64,000 bases of DNA from Balanoglossus misakiensis (lineage: Eukaryota > Animalia > Hemichordata), in contig CM082580.2 of NCBI GenBank assembly GCA_040954595.2, forward strand, positions 12,414,909-12,478,908, given 5' to 3'. The translations under genes were made by a program, and so were the position numbers. The notes under the pieces were generated by a model, which did no database searches, was not told the origin of the DNA, and saw only the letters and a program-made list of their open reading frames with translations. The first letter of the stretch is position 1. The number at the start of each line of letters is the position of its first letter. Positions 62,535 through 64,000 of this stretch are shown here, piece by piece.

Positions 62535-62815
62535 TCTCACATTTTTCATGAGCTATATATATATAACCCATGAAAAATGTCCAGAAGTGACAAAAACACC
62601 AAAATTCCGAAAGTCAGGAAATCGTCATTTTTCACATTTTTCATGAGCTATAACCCATGAAAAATGTCCAGAAGTGACAAAAACACCAAAATTCCGAAAG
62701 TCAGTAAATCGTCATTTTTGATATTTTTCATGAGCTACAACCCATGAAAAATGTCCAGAAGTGACAAAAACACCAAAATTCCGAAAGTCAGGAAATTGTC
62801 ATTTTTGACATTTTT
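62535..62815 (-). repeat. About 3 copies of an 87-bp satellite variant, inverted relative to the main array
   Basis: caaaaacacc recurs at 62591, 62678 and 62765. Contains ttttcatgagctataacccatg, the reverse complement of the main-array core. Confidence 0.9.
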
Positions 62816-64000
62816 CATTTTTCGACTTTGCGAATTTTCAAAATTTGGTCATCTTTTGAAAAAATCATGGGTTATAGCTCATGAAAATCATCCAGAAATG
62901 ACAATTTTTCGACTTTGCGAATTTTCAAAATTTGGATATTTTTTGAAAAAATCATGGGTTATAGCTCATGAAAATCATCCAGAAATGACAATTTTTCGAC
63001 TTTGCGAATTTTCAAAATTTGGTCATTTTTTGAAAAAATCATGGGTTATAGCTCATGAAAATCTTCAAAAATCGACGATTTTTCGACTTTGCGAATTTTC
63101 AAAATTTGGTCATTTTTTGAAAAAAACATGGGTTATAGCTCAGGAAAATCTTCAAAAATCGACGATTTTTCGACTTTGCGAATTTTCCAAATTTGGTCAT
63201 TTTTTGAAAAAAATCATGGGTTATAGCTCATGAAAATCTTCAAAAATCGACGATTTTTCGACTTTGCGAATTTTCAAAATTTGGTCATTTTTTGAAAAAA
63301 TCATGGGTTATAGCTCATGAAAATCTTCAAAAATCGACGATTTTTCGACTTTGCGAATTTTCAAAATTTGGTCATTTTTTGAAAAAACCATGGGTTATAG
63401 CTCAGGAAAATCTTCAAAAATCGACGATTTTTCGACTTTGCGAATTTTCAAAATTTGGTCATTTTTTGAAAAAACCATGGGTTATAGCTCAGGAAAATGT
63501 TCAAAAATCGACGATTTTTCGACTTTGCGAATTTTCAAAATTTGGTCATTTTTTGAAAAAACCATGGGTTATAGCTCATGAAAATCTTCAAAAATCGACG
63601 ATTTTTCGACTTTGCGAATTTTCAAAATTTGGTCATTTTTTGAAAAAACCATGGGTTATAGCTCAGGAAAATGTTCAAAAATCGACGATTTTTCGACTTT
63701 GCGAATTTTCAAAATTTGGTCATTTTTTGAAAAAACCATGGGTTATAGCTCAGGAAAATGTTCAAAAATCGACGATTTTTCGACTTTGCGAATTTTCAAA
63801 ATTTGGTCATTTTTTGAAAAAACCATGGGTTATAGCTCAGGAAAATGTTCAAAAATCGACGATTTTTCGACTTTGCGAATTTTCAAAATTTGGTCATTTT
63901 TTGAAAAAACCATGGGTTATAGCTCAGGAAAATGTTCAAAAATCGACGATTTTTCGACTTTGCGAATTTTCAAAATTTTGTCATCTTTTGAAAAAACCAT
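62816..64000 (+). repeat. 87-bp tandem satellite array (at least 13 copies), continuing past the window end
   Basis: atttttcgactttgcgaattttcaaaatttggtcattttttgaaaaaaccatgggttatagctca... recurs with period 87 (63601, 63688, 63775). Confidence 0.97.

Noticed and set aside
62751-63581. ORFs with 29-aa repeats
   Set aside because: Translation of the 87-bp satellite; frames break at A-run length changes.

Overview
Gene-dense, intron-rich animal genomic DNA. It is most likely from an invertebrate deuterostome such as a hemichordate or echinoderm (inferred from protein similarity and gene style, not proven). Genes in order: two convergent CD225/dispanin (PRRT1/IFITM-like) paralogues; EEFSEC with a U12 AT-AC intron; an intronless Ig-domain receptor with ITAM-like tyrosine motifs; a CYP20-like P450; RPL15 head-to-head with MFSD5; MRPS21; a large dihydropyrimidinase/CRMP gene; an intronless N-acylated globin; DHRS4; and an 87-bp satellite running off the window end. 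The main finding is the DPYS/CRMP locus. It has three candidate alternative first exons, a 121-nt mutually exclusive exon pair that swaps a zinc-ligand His for the CRMP-type Lys, and two paralogous terminal exons. One gene could therefore encode both the enzyme and non-catalytic CRMP-like isoforms. Also present are two palindromic TAG...CTA insertions with 9-bp target-site duplications, and a TTAA-flanked MITE family. All exon boundaries were read by eye; no searches were run.
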